Below, piece after piece: positions 1 through 8,321 of a stretch of DNA of 47,573 nt. A program made the position numbers and the translations under genes. This DNA comes from an uncultured Thermodesulfovibrio sp. GTDB lineage: Bacteria; Nitrospirota; Thermodesulfovibrionia; Thermodesulfovibrionales; Thermodesulfovibrionaceae. The stretch spans positions 1-47,573 of the forward strand of contig CAZDXM010000039.1 in the NCBI GenBank assembly GCA_964509535.1, read 5' to 3'. Positions within the stretch are counted from its first letter, which is position 1. The number at the start of each line of letters is the position of its first letter. The notes under the pieces were generated by a model that saw only the letters and a program-made list of their open reading frames with translations, was not told where the DNA came from and did not search any database.

Positions 1-1986
1 AATTACTTTATCAAGGTCTGTTGCATCTAACAGGTTATTGATTATAGTTTTTAATGGTTTGCCATCGGCCTCTTTTTCTATTTCCCTTCTATCTTTGTCG
101 TCAATCTCTCTATCCAGCCTTGCAAGCCTGCCTGCTAAGGATGTGATTGAATCAATATCTCTATTGCCAAGAGCAATTGATAAAAGCAGTTTATCAAATG
201 GAACACTCGGTTTTCTTTCAAGGGGGCGCGAGTCAGTTTTGTCTCTTTCACAAACACCCACTGCATCCACAATCACAAAGTGTGTTTTATGAAGAGCATC
301 AGGAGTCACAGCATTTAGCTCCGTGGTGGAAAGTGTTCTTGTTCCTCTGCCTTTCATCTGCTCAAAATAGACCCTTGATTTTACATCACGCATAAAGATG
401 ATGCATTCAATAGGTTTGATATCCGTACCAGTAGAAATCATATCAACGGTAACCGCGATGCGGGGATTATATGAGTTTCGGAATGATTGGATGAGATCTT
501 CAGGTTTTTCACCTGTTGTTTTGTAGGTTATCTTTTTACAAAAATCATTCCCTCTGCCAAATTCTTCCCTGACAATATGGACAATATCTTCTGCGTGTGA
601 ATCGTCTTTGGCAAAAATAAGTGTTTTTGGAACCTCGGTTCTTCCATGGAATATTTCTGTAAAAAGTTTTTCCTTAAAAGTTCTGATTACGGTTCTTATC
701 TGATCGGGTGCAACAACATCTCTATCCAATTGATTTGGTGAATATTCAATATCTTCATCAAGCTGTTCCCATCTTACCTTTCTTGTGAGTTTGTCTCGCT
801 TATCTATGTAATACCCTGCTTCTACCTTGCTCCCTTTTTCTGTTATCTCAGTCTTTATTCTGTAAACCTCATAAGGCACATTCACCCCATCAGCAACTGC
901 TTTTTCATAGTTATATTCTGACACAAGATTCTGATTGAAAAATCCAAGGGTTTGCTTTGATGGAGTTGCGGTAAGCCCAATAATAAAAGCATCAAAATAT
1001 TCAAGCACCTGACGCCATAAATGATAAATGGAACGATGGCATTCATCAGTAATAATAAAATCAAATGTTTCAATAGGAATATTTGGATTATAAGTGATTT
1101 CTTTTGGTTGCTCTTCCTGTGGATATATTTCAAAAACCGACTGTTCTTCCAGACTCTCATCAAATTCTGCCTCACCTTTGAGCATAGAGTAAAGTCTCTG
1201 AATTGTGGTAATACAAACCCGACTGACAGGATCAATCACATTGGAAGTGAGATGCTGGATATTATAAAGTTCTGTAAATTTTCTTCTATCATCCGGTGTA
1301 ATAAACTGTTGAAATTCTCTTTTTGTTTGTCTGCCGAGATTACTTCTATCAACAAGAAAAAGGATCCTTTTTGCATTGGCAAATTTGATAAGACGATAGA
1401 CAAAATTGACTGCAGTATAAGTTTTTCCGCTTCCTGAAGCCATTTGAATCAAAGCCCTGGGTCTATCTTCAGCAAAAGACCTCTCAAGATTCTTAATTGC
1501 TTCAATCTGACAATCTCTCAAACCCTCTGTAATGAGGGGAGGCAAACTCCTGAGTCTTTGTCGTAAAGTATCTTTTTGAGACAGCCATTCTGCAAGTGTT
1601 TCAGGTCTGTGAAATGCAAACACCCTTCTTGAACGGGGAAAAGGATCTCTTATATCTCTGAAAAAGGTTTCTGTTCCAGTACTTTCATAGGCAAATGGCA
1701 GCGGTTCTTGAACCACTGGAAGATTTTTGGGGATGTTTGTAATATATGCTTGTGACTGCTCTGCAACTCCGCTGAGGGTAGTTCCTTGTGGTTTGGCTTC
1801 GATAACTCCGACTGCTTTTTTATCAACGAACAGCAAATAGTCAGCTGTACCATTTTGTAATGGGAATTCTCTGACTGCAACACCTGAGGAGGCATGGAGA
1901 TTTAATTCTTGAAGGTCATGGACCTTCCATCCAGCAAGTTCAAGCAGATGATCAATTTCTCGTCTTGCCTCTTCCTCTGGTTTCAT
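1..1986 (-). CDS. hsdR: Type I restriction enzyme R subunit (HsdR, EcoAI/EcoKI-like), partial: runs off the window start
   Basis: Manual translation from ATG 1986 gives an open frame towards the left edge: MKPEEEARREID..., nuclease motif ADYLL...IEAK, Walker A MASGSGKT, LFLVDR, DECH box, GLTATP, VDMISTGTD, QMKGRGTR. Probably missing from the ORF track because its stop lies outside the window. Confidence 0.92.
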   Translation of the reverse strand, partial: MKPEEEARREIDHLLELAGWKVHDLQELNLHASSGVAVREFPLQNGTADYLLFVDKKAVGVIEAKPQGTTLSGVAEQSQAYITNIPKNLPVVQEPLPFAYESTGTETFFRDIRDPFPRSRRVFAFHRPETLAEWLSQKDTLRQRLRSLPPLITEGLRDCQIEAIKNLERSFAEDRPRALIQMASGSGKTYTAVNFVYRLIKFANAKRILFLVDRSNLGRQTKREFQQFITPDDRRKFTELYNIQHLTSNVIDPVSRVCITTIQRLYSMLKGEAEFDESLEEQSVFEIYPQEEQPKEITYNPNIPIETFDFIITDECHRSIYHLWRQVLEYFDAFIIGLTATPSKQTLGFFNQNLVSEYNYEKAVADGVNVPYEVYRIKTEITEKGSKVEAGYYIDKRDKLTRKVRWEQLDEDIEYSPNQLDRDVVAPDQIRTVIRTFKEKLFTEIFHGRTEVPKTLIFAKDDSHAEDIVHIVREEFGRGNDFCKKITYKTTGEKPEDLIQSFRNSYNPRIAVTVDMISTGTDIKPIECIIFMRDVKSRVYFEQMKGRGTRTLSTTELNAVTPDALHKTHFVIVDAVGVCERDKTDSRPLERKPSVPFDKLLLSIALGNRDIDSITSLAGRLARLDREIDDKDRREIEKEADGKPLKTIINNLLDATDLDKVI

Positions 1987-2039
1987 TCTTCAATTTTTTA
2001 AAAACATTTCTATACTTTGTCTCTGTAAGGATTTTCTCA

Positions 2040-2096
2040 ATTTTATATATTAAATAAATTGTATGTCAACTTAGATGGTTATCTCGGTAATGTCAA
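2040..2096 (-). promoter_or_regulatory. Two tandem sigma70-type promoters for hsdR
   Basis: Minus strand: TTGACA(2096-2091)-17-TAAGTT(2073-2068) and TTGACA(2069-2064)-18-TAAAAT(2045-2040). Confidence 0.5.
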
Positions 2097-2101
2097 TTAA
2101 G

Positions 2102-2131
2102 TTGACCAAGGCGTATTATTTTTTGTATTCT
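2102..2131 (+). promoter_or_regulatory. sigma70-type promoter of tRNA-Lys
   Basis: TTGACC(2102-2107)-18-TATTCT(2126-2131), 8 nt before the tRNA. Confidence 0.5.
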
Positions 2132-2139
2132 AATTTTGT

Positions 2140-2212
<73 letters not shown>

Positions 2213-2240
2213 CTATAATTTATGGAATTGATGAAAAATA

Positions 2241-2735
2241 ATGGATACTGAATCGTTAAAAAAGGTTTTTTTTCAGAGCCCGACTTTTGGGACAATTTCC
2301 TTTAATCAGGTTTTTGATAAAATAATTGAGTTTGTAAAGGAAGACTCCCAGAAAAAATATAGCCTCATTGTAGGAAGCGATTCTTTTCCTGGAGAAGAAA
2401 CAGTATTTGTTACAGCAATAATAATTCACAGAAAAGGCTCTGGTGGAAGATATTTTTACAGAAAAATAAAATATAAAAAATTGGATAGTCTGAAATCACG
2501 CATCTTCACCGAAGCTTCATTAAGCTTGGAAGTTGCAGAAACTCTTAAAAGAAAACTTTCTGAAAATGGATTTTCCCGTTTACCTGTTGAGATTCATCTT
2601 GATATTGGTGAGAATGGAGCTACCAGAAGTCTCGTAAAAGAAGTTATTAAAATGATCGCAGGTTCTGGTTATAAAGCTGTTACTAAGCCTGAGTCCTTTG
2701 GAGCAACGAAAGTTGCAGACAGACATACATATTAA
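2241..2735 (+). CDS. Ribonuclease H-like YkuK family protein (DUF458)
   Basis: VGSDS, FVTAIIIHRKGSGGRYFY, RIFTEASLS, EIHLDIG and KPESFGATKVADRH motifs. Confidence 0.85.
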   Translation: MDTESLKKVFFQSPTFGTISFNQVFDKIIEFVKEDSQKKYSLIVGSDSFPGEETVFVTAIIIHRKGSGGRYFYRKIKYKKLDSLKSRIFTEASLSLEVAETLKRKLSENGFSRLPVEIHLDIGENGATRSLVKEVIKMIAGSGYKAVTKPESFGATKVADRHTY

Positions 2736-2751
2736 TTTAACTTAACTCAGT

Positions 2752-3177
2752 TCAGACTATAATTTCAATAATTGAACCCGGTGAGGTTTTACCTTCTTTA
2801 TTCAGATATAATTCAATTTGAGCTTTCATTTTCTTTATTGCTGCTGTTTGAGCCACTCTTATGTCTTGTGGAGAAGGGTCAGAGGGGGCCAATGCAGCTG
2901 CTTGAATGATTTCCATCTTTTTAATTGTTTCTTCAGGAGTGGATTCTTCAGAAAGATCAAGAGATACCTCTCCTCCAGTTATGTACATCTTTCCATCAGG
3001 TCCTTTCGTATAAGTGTAGTTTACTGTTCCTGCATATCTTCCGGCAACAGATTTATGTGCCATTTCATGAGCAATAACTTTTCTTTCAATCTGTCTCAGC
3101 TTCTGAACAATTTCATTGATTTTTTGCTGCTCAAACTGGTTGAATTGATTGATGGGATTTTGAGGGATAACCTTCAT
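2752..3177 (-). CDS. SprA-related family protein (putative HExxH metalloprotease)
   Basis: VIAHEMAH, YTYTKGPDGKMYITGGEV and AALAPSDPSPQD are typical of the family. Confidence 0.8.
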   Translation of the reverse strand: MKVIPQNPINQFNQFEQQKINEIVQKLRQIERKVIAHEMAHKSVAGRYAGTVNYTYTKGPDGKMYITGGEVSLDLSEESTPEETIKKMEIIQAAALAPSDPSPQDIRVAQTAAIKKMKAQIELYLNKEGKTSPGSIIEIIV

Positions 3178-3225
3178 ATTTAAATATTATAAAATTATCT
3201 TCAAATATTCAAAACAATACCAAAT

Positions 3226-3999
3226 TCAGAATTTTCCCCTATCCTCAGGCTCTTCTTCCTTTAAAGCTGGTGCAGTACCCTCCTTTTCAGTTTCTGTATA
3301 TTCTTCTTTTATTATTCCCCTCTTCTGCATAATAAAGTAGATGAGATTGGCTCTTCTGTCAACAAATTTTGAATTCCCTGAGGGGTTGTATTTTACAGGA
3401 TTGGGCAGACAGGCTGCCAGCTTCGCTGCTTCCATGGCAGTTAACTCAGATGCGGATTTTCCGAAATAATGTCTTGAAGCAGCCTCTGCACCAAATATTC
3501 CTTCTCCCCACTCTGCGATATTGAGATAAAGCTCAAGAATTCTTTTTTTGGAAAGAGTTTTTTCAATTCTCCATGTAATAATTGCTTCCTGAATCTTTCT
3601 TACAGGATTTTTAGATGGACTTAGGTAAAGATTTTTTGCAAGTTGCTGAGTTATGGTGCTTCCGCCATATTTTAATTTTTTCTCTTTTATATCTTTTTCA
3701 ATAGCATTTTTAATTCCTTCAAGGTCAAACCCTGAGTGCTGATAAAACTTATCATCCTCTCCAATCAGCACAGCCTTCACAAGATATGGAGAAATGTTAC
3801 TTAGTGAAACCCATTGCTTTTTAATTCTAATTTTTTTGCCTTCTTTCTGCCACTTCTGCAGACGATACTTCATCATTGCTGTTAATTCAGGATTTTTCTT
3901 TTTAAGAGAGGATATATTAACAGTAAATGTATAGCCTATAATGTAAATAGAATAAAAAAGCAATAAGAGAAATAAAAACTTAAAAATCCATTTAAACAT
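3226..3999 (-). CDS. mtgA: Monofunctional peptidoglycan transglycosylase
   Basis: GT51 motifs EDDKFYQHSG, GGSTITQQLAKNLY, RKIQE, ILELYLN and N-terminal TM. Start moved to ATG 3999 because the longer ORF overlaps tRNA-Thr. Confidence 0.9.
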   Translation of the reverse strand: MFKWIFKFLFLLLLFYSIYIIGYTFTVNISSLKKKNPELTAMMKYRLQKWQKEGKKIRIKKQWVSLSNISPYLVKAVLIGEDDKFYQHSGFDLEGIKNAIEKDIKEKKLKYGGSTITQQLAKNLYLSPSKNPVRKIQEAIITWRIEKTLSKKRILELYLNIAEWGEGIFGAEAASRHYFGKSASELTAMEAAKLAACLPNPVKYNPSGNSKFVDRRANLIYFIMQKRGIIKEEYTETEKEGTAPALKEEEPEDRGKF

Positions 4000-4013
4000 A
4001 GAATGAAGTTTTA

Positions 4014-4085
4014 AGCCGGGAATGGGATTTGAACCCACGACCGGTCGATTACGAATCGACTGCTCTACCTCTAAGCTATCCCGGC
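4014..4085 (-). tRNA. tRNA-Thr(CGT)
   Basis: Reverse complement: GCCGGGA-TA-GCTT-AGAGGTA-GAGC-A-GTCGA-TT CGT AA-TCGAC-CGGTC-GTGGG-TTCAAAT-CCCAT-TCCCGGC-T. No CCA. Confidence 0.95.
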
Positions 4086-4089
4086 TCAT

Positions 4090-4617
4090 TTATATTTTAT
4101 CAAACTCCAGTTTAAAATAACGATAGGTATCTTCATCAAAAAGGCAAAACTCTACGGTTTCAAGAGTTGTATCCTGATTCTTTAAATATTCTACTACGGT
4201 GTTAATTAAAATCCTTGCAACCATATCCTTCGGGCATCCATATATTCCAGAGCTTATTGCAGGAAATGATAGAGTTTTCATTTTATAATCACTGGCTATG
4301 CGAAGGCTGCTTAATACAGCATTTTTTAACTTTATGTCTTCGTCTCCCTCACCCCATTTTGGCCCAACAGCATGGATTACATATTTTGTTTTTAAAGAGC
4401 CGGCAGTAGTAATTGCTGCAGAGCCTGTTGGAACAAATCCAATTCTATCACTTTCTTCCTGTATTATGTAACCTCCTTTACGAACTATTGCTCCAGCAAC
4501 TCCACCTCCGTGTTTAAGATAGTTATTTGCAGCATTAACAACTGCATCTGTATCTCTTTCAGTGATATCACCAACCATAATTTTAATGGTTTTACTATTA
4601 ATCTTCTTCTCCTCCAT
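4090..4617 (-). CDS. Macro domain protein (O-acetyl-ADP-ribose deacetylase / ADP-ribose binding, YmdB-like)
   Basis: GDIT, DAVVNAAN, HGGGVAGAI, VIHAVGP, FPAISSGIYG. GGAGG SD lies 8 nt before ATG 4617. Confidence 0.92.
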   Translation of the reverse strand: MEEKKINSKTIKIMVGDITERDTDAVVNAANNYLKHGGGVAGAIVRKGGYIIQEESDRIGFVPTGSAAITTAGSLKTKYVIHAVGPKWGEGDEDIKLKNAVLSSLRIASDYKMKTLSFPAISSGIYGCPKDMVARILINTVVEYLKNQDTTLETVEFCLFDEDTYRYFKLEFDKI

Positions 4618-4651
4618 ATAATACACCTCCCATCTTTCATGTAAAGATATC

Positions 4652-4680
4652 TTAACTAAAAAAAATAATTTTGTTAAACT
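4652..4680 (+). promoter_or_regulatory. Extended -10 promoter of the moaE operon (probably leaderless)
   Basis: TTAACT-17-TAAACT with TGn extension (TGTTAAACT 4672-4680), 7 nt before ATG 4688, no SD. Confidence 0.55.
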
Positions 4681-4687
4681 ACATTAT

Positions 4688-5038
4688 ATGATTGATGACT
4701 GGATTAAGGAAATTAAAAACTCTGATAGAAGTGATTCAATAGGAATGATACTCATTCATAACGGAATTGTAAGGGCAACTTCACGCAATGGAAAGCCTGT
4801 TAAGGGAATAAGACTTTCATACAATTCTGAAAAGCTTTTCAGAATAATTGATGATATTAAGAAAAAAGACGGAATTGCTGAAGTCAGAGTCTGGATAAAT
4901 GAGGGAAAGCTAAATATTGGAGACGATATTATGAAGGTAGTTGTTGCAGGAAGGTTTCGCACAGATGTAATTCCTGCATTGGAAGAACTCGTAGGTAAAA
5001 TAAAAAGGGAAGTTGTAAATGAAGAAGAAATATATTAA
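4688..5038 (+). CDS. moaE: Molybdopterin synthase catalytic subunit MoaE-family protein (short type)
   Basis: IGMILIHNGIVR, EGKLNIGDDIMKVVVAGRFR. Confidence 0.8.
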   Translation: MIDDWIKEIKNSDRSDSIGMILIHNGIVRATSRNGKPVKGIRLSYNSEKLFRIIDDIKKKDGIAEVRVWINEGKLNIGDDIMKVVVAGRFRTDVIPALEELVGKIKREVVNEEEIY

Positions 5039-6302
5039 ATTTTTTGTATTTGCTATACTTAGCATTTCAGTGATAGCATGTGTTGCTGAGGTTGATCCTC
5101 TCTCAGGTAAAAAGATATATACACTGCTTTCAACAGAACAGGAAATTCAGATTGGTCATAAGGTTATACCATCTGCAATCAATGAAAATAATGGATTATA
5201 TCCTGATAGAGAAGTTCAGAATTATGTTAAAGAACTTGGAACAAAAATTGCCTTGGTTACTCCAAGAAAGGTTGATTATCAATTTTATGTAGTAAACTCT
5301 TCTCAAATAAACGCTTTTGCTCTGCCAGGTGGACCTGTGTTTGTCACAAGAGGACTTCTTTTAAAGATGGATAAGGAAAGCGAACTTGCAGGTGTTCTGG
5401 CACATGAACTCGGTCATATTAATGCAAGACACCATGCAAAGTTTCTTGAAAAAACCTATGGGATGAGCATGCTTATAGGAATTCTTGGTGTGGCTTTACA
5501 GGACAGCAAATATGCTTCAGCGGTTATGAGCCTTGCTCAAATATCTGCAGGACTTCTTCAGCTTAAATTCAGCAGAGATCAGGAAAATGAGGCAGACTCC
5601 CTTGGTGTAAGATTCAGTTATCAGGCTGGATATGACCCTGGAGGACTTTTAACAATGTTTGAAAAGTTTAAAGTAATAACAAAAAGTGGAACTGTTGAGT
5701 GGCTGAGTACTCATCCTTTGCCTGATACAAGAATAAAGAATGTTCAGCAGATGATATCCCAGCAGTATCCTTATTCTTACAGTTTAATACATGACAGTGA
5801 TAGATTTCATAAAATACAGGGAATACTTAACTCAACAAAAGAATCCTATGAATATGTTGAGAGAGCAAAAAAATATATAAATTCTCGTAATTACAATGAA
5901 GCTATTAATCTGCTTGATAGGGCAATTCAGGTTTATGGAAGTAATCAGGCTTATACATACAGAGCTCTTGTAAATCTTATTTTGAAAAAATATAACAATG
6001 CTATCATGGATGCTGATAGGGCAATTCAGATTGATAACCTATATTTCAAACCTTTTCTTATAAAGGGAGTTGCATTAAATCAGAGAGGTCAATGGCGTGA
6101 AAGTATTGATGCTCTCGAAAAAGCAAAAAACCTAATAATTGATAATGCTGATCTTTATTACTATCTTGGAGTTGATTATTATGAAATTGGCGATAGAAAA
6201 AACGCTATTGATAATCTGTCCAATGCATTAAGCCTTACTGATGGAAAACGTGGCTGGGAGGCAGATGCAAAGAGAAGATTAAAAATTTTAAGAGGATATT
6301 AA
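5019..6302 (+). CDS. M48-family zinc metallopeptidase lipoprotein with C-terminal TPRs (BepA/LoiP-like)
   Basis: Lipobox VIAC, INAFALPGG, HELGH, SRDQENEAD, LSTHP and TPR-like helices. Confidence 0.88.
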   Translation: MKKKYIKFFVFAILSISVIACVAEVDPLSGKKIYTLLSTEQEIQIGHKVIPSAINENNGLYPDREVQNYVKELGTKIALVTPRKVDYQFYVVNSSQINAFALPGGPVFVTRGLLLKMDKESELAGVLAHELGHINARHHAKFLEKTYGMSMLIGILGVALQDSKYASAVMSLAQISAGLLQLKFSRDQENEADSLGVRFSYQAGYDPGGLLTMFEKFKVITKSGTVEWLSTHPLPDTRIKNVQQMISQQYPYSYSLIHDSDRFHKIQGILNSTKESYEYVERAKKYINSRNYNEAINLLDRAIQVYGSNQAYTYRALVNLILKKYNNAIMDADRAIQIDNLYFKPFLIKGVALNQRGQWRESIDALEKAKNLIIDNADLYYYLGVDYYEIGDRKNAIDNLSNALSLTDGKRGWEADAKRRLKILRGY

Positions 6303-6313
6303 AGGAGGACATT

Positions 6314-6625
6314 ATGAATATGCTTTTTATTATTACCACAGATGATGCTGAAACCATATATAATGCAATGCGTCTGGCAAATACAGCTGTAAGCAAAGGA
6401 GACACTGTAAGTGTTTTCATGCTCGGGAAAGCTGTTCTATTTGAGCAGGTAAGTAGCGAAAAATTCAATGTCAAAGAGCAAGTTGAACAGTTTAAAGGAG
6501 ATATGTATGTTTGAGGAGTATGTATGAAAGCTCACGGTCTTGTGAGATCAGAAATATGCCCTATAGGCTATATGAATGATCTTTATGAATTGATCATAGA
6601 AGCGGATAAAGTGATTACATTTTAA
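6314..6625 (+). CDS. DsrE/DsrF-family selenoprotein (103 aa, Sec at TGA 6512-6514, UxxC motif)
   Basis: Frame continues past TGA as ...GDMYV-U-GVCMKAHGLVRSEICPIGYMNDLYELIIEADKVITF-TAA, completing a typical DsrE C-terminus. U sits at the conserved Cys position and a SECIS-like hairpin follows. Confidence 0.88.
6525..6550 (+). promoter_or_regulatory. Bacterial SECIS-like element
   Basis: CTCAC-GGTCTT-GTGAG hairpin (6531-6546) with G at the loop start about 21 nt after the UGA, plus lower TGA/TCA pairing. Confidence 0.7.
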
Positions 6626-6640
6626 ATGAGGAGTAAAATA

Positions 6641-6916
6641 ATGAAAAGGGCTCATCTTTTTATAAGTGGAAGAGTTCAGGGTGTCTTTTACAGGGCTTTT
6701 ACAGAAGAGGTTGCTTACTCTCTCAGGTTAAATGGATGGGTTAGAAATTTGAGAGATGGCAGAGTTGAAGCAGTATTTGAAGGAGATGAGGATGCAATCT
6801 CTGTTGCCATACAACGCTGTAAAGAGGGACCACCTTATGCAAGGGTTGACAATATTGAAGTAATATGGGAAGAACCTGAAGGATTGAAAGGTTTTGAGAT
6901 AAAAAGAACATATTAA
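6641..6916 (+). CDS. acyP: Acylphosphatase
   Basis: ISGRVQGVFYR, GWVRNLRDGRVE, GPPYARV. SD GAGGAG before ATG 6641. Confidence 0.93.
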   Translation: MKRAHLFISGRVQGVFYRAFTEEVAYSLRLNGWVRNLRDGRVEAVFEGDEDAISVAIQRCKEGPPYARVDNIEVIWEEPEGLKGFEIKRTY

Positions 6917-6932
6917 CAGAAGGGGTTTTTCC

Positions 6933-7691
6933 ATGATGAAAAAATTTGAGCAAATAACTATTGTACTGATATTGATTTTTTTCTTTTTTCTTCTTTTAAG
7001 TTGTGGTGGTAAAAAACCTATAAAAAAAGAAGAATTTGATCCCGTGGTCTATCTTAAAAAAGCTGATGAACTGGTCAGCAAAAAAGAATACGAGGAGGCA
7101 AGAAAGCTTCTGCTTGAGATTAAAAATAGAGAATCTGCAAGGGAATATGCTCCACTTGCCCAGTTAAAGATAGCAGACTCATACTTGAAGGAAGATGATT
7201 CTGACCTTGCAATTATAGAATACAGAAGGTTTCTTGAGTTATATCCAGAATCCACATATGCTCCATATGCTCAGTACAGTATTGCAATGGCTTATTTCAG
7301 AAGGATTGAGGGAGCTGAAAGAGGCGCAGGAACAGCTCAGAAAGCTCTTGAAGAGTTTTTAAAACTTGAAAAGATGTATCCAAGACATCCATATGGAGAT
7401 GTTTTGCCCCTTAGAATTCAGAAATGCAGGAACATTATAGCGGAGGGTGAGCTTTTAATTGGCAAATTTTATTATAAAAAGGGTTCATATAAAGCTGCAA
7501 TTGGAAGGCTTGAGGGAATAGTTAAAAACTATCCTGATTTCAAGAATCTTGATGAAACTCTTTATTTACTTGCTGATTCATATAAAAAACTTAATATGTT
7601 AGAGAATGCAAAAATATATTTAAATATGCTCAAGGAGAGATTCCCAGAAAGCCAGTTTGCAAAAAAAGCTGAAGGGATTAAATTTCAATAA
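6933..7691 (+). CDS. bamD: Outer membrane protein assembly factor BamD (TPR lipoprotein)
   Basis: Lipobox LLSC, AQLKIADSY, FLELYPES, IGKFYYKKGSYKAAIGR. Confidence 0.88.
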   Translation: MMKKFEQITIVLILIFFFFLLLSCGGKKPIKKEEFDPVVYLKKADELVSKKEYEEARKLLLEIKNRESAREYAPLAQLKIADSYLKEDDSDLAIIEYRRFLELYPESTYAPYAQYSIAMAYFRRIEGAERGAGTAQKALEEFLKLEKMYPRHPYGDVLPLRIQKCRNIIAEGELLIGKFYYKKGSYKAAIGRLEGIVKNYPDFKNLDETLYLLADSYKKLNMLENAKIYLNMLKERFPESQFAKKAEGIKFQ

Positions 7692-8321
7692 ATGACAAAG
7701 TTTTGCCCTGTCCTTATAAATATTGAAAATCAAAAATGTGTTGTGGTTGGTGGTGGTAGTGTTGCGGAGAGAAAAATAAAAACATTGCTTAAGTATGGTG
7801 CTAATATAACTGTAATAAGCCCTGAAATTACTGATAATATTAAAAAGCTTATTGAAAAAGGGAAAATAAAACACTTCAGAAGGCGCTACAGGAAAGGAGA
7901 TATTAAAGGAGCTGTTTTAGTTGTGGCAGCTACATCTGATAGTAGAATAAATGCTCAGATATTAAAAGAAGCCAGGTTTTTGATAAATAGTGCTGATGGA
8001 GAAAATACAACTGAAGGAATAAAATACATCGTTCCTGCAATATTTGAAAAGGGAGATTTAACAATAGCTGTATCCACAGGGTTTCCGTCATTAAGCAGGA
8101 TTCTCAGGAATGAGATTTCTAAGCTTTATGGCAAAGAATTTGCTTTATATTTAAGGTATATAAAAAAAGCAAGAAAAGAAATTCAGAAAAAAATCTCTGA
8201 GAATAAAAGAAGACAGGAAATCTTTAGGAAAATTGCCTCAAAGAAAATTGTGTTAATTTTGAAACAGTATGGGTTCAGACAAGCAAAGAAGGAGATTGAC
8301 AGAATAATAAATGAAGCATAA
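7692..8321 (+). CDS. Precorrin-2 dehydrogenase / sirohydrochlorin ferrochelatase (SirC/Met8/CysG N-terminal type)
   Basis: VVVGGGSVAERK, VVAATSD, IVPAI..KGDLTIAVST. Confidence 0.88.
   Translation: MTKFCPVLINIENQKCVVVGGGSVAERKIKTLLKYGANITVISPEITDNIKKLIEKGKIKHFRRRYRKGDIKGAVLVVAATSDSRINAQILKEARFLINSADGENTTEGIKYIVPAIFEKGDLTIAVSTGFPSLSRILRNEISKLYGKEFALYLRYIKKARKEIQKKISENKRRQEIFRKIASKKIVLILKQYGFRQAKKEIDRIINEA

Noticed and set aside
38-1895. Short ORFs at 38-292, 147-395, 882-1235, 1021-1437 and 1650-1895
   Set aside because: Shadow frames overlapping the continuous hsdR frame. The same applies to the many 60-120 aa antisense or alternate-frame ORFs inside housekeeping genes across the window.
4000-4089. 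30-aa N-terminal extension of MtgA
   Set aside because: It is the tRNA-Thr sequence read as codons. ATG 3999 gives a normal TM-anchored N-terminus.
6314-6514. DsrE as a truncated 66-aa protein or pseudogene
   Set aside because: The stop falls exactly on the conserved Cys position, the downstream frame is intact and a SECIS-like hairpin follows.
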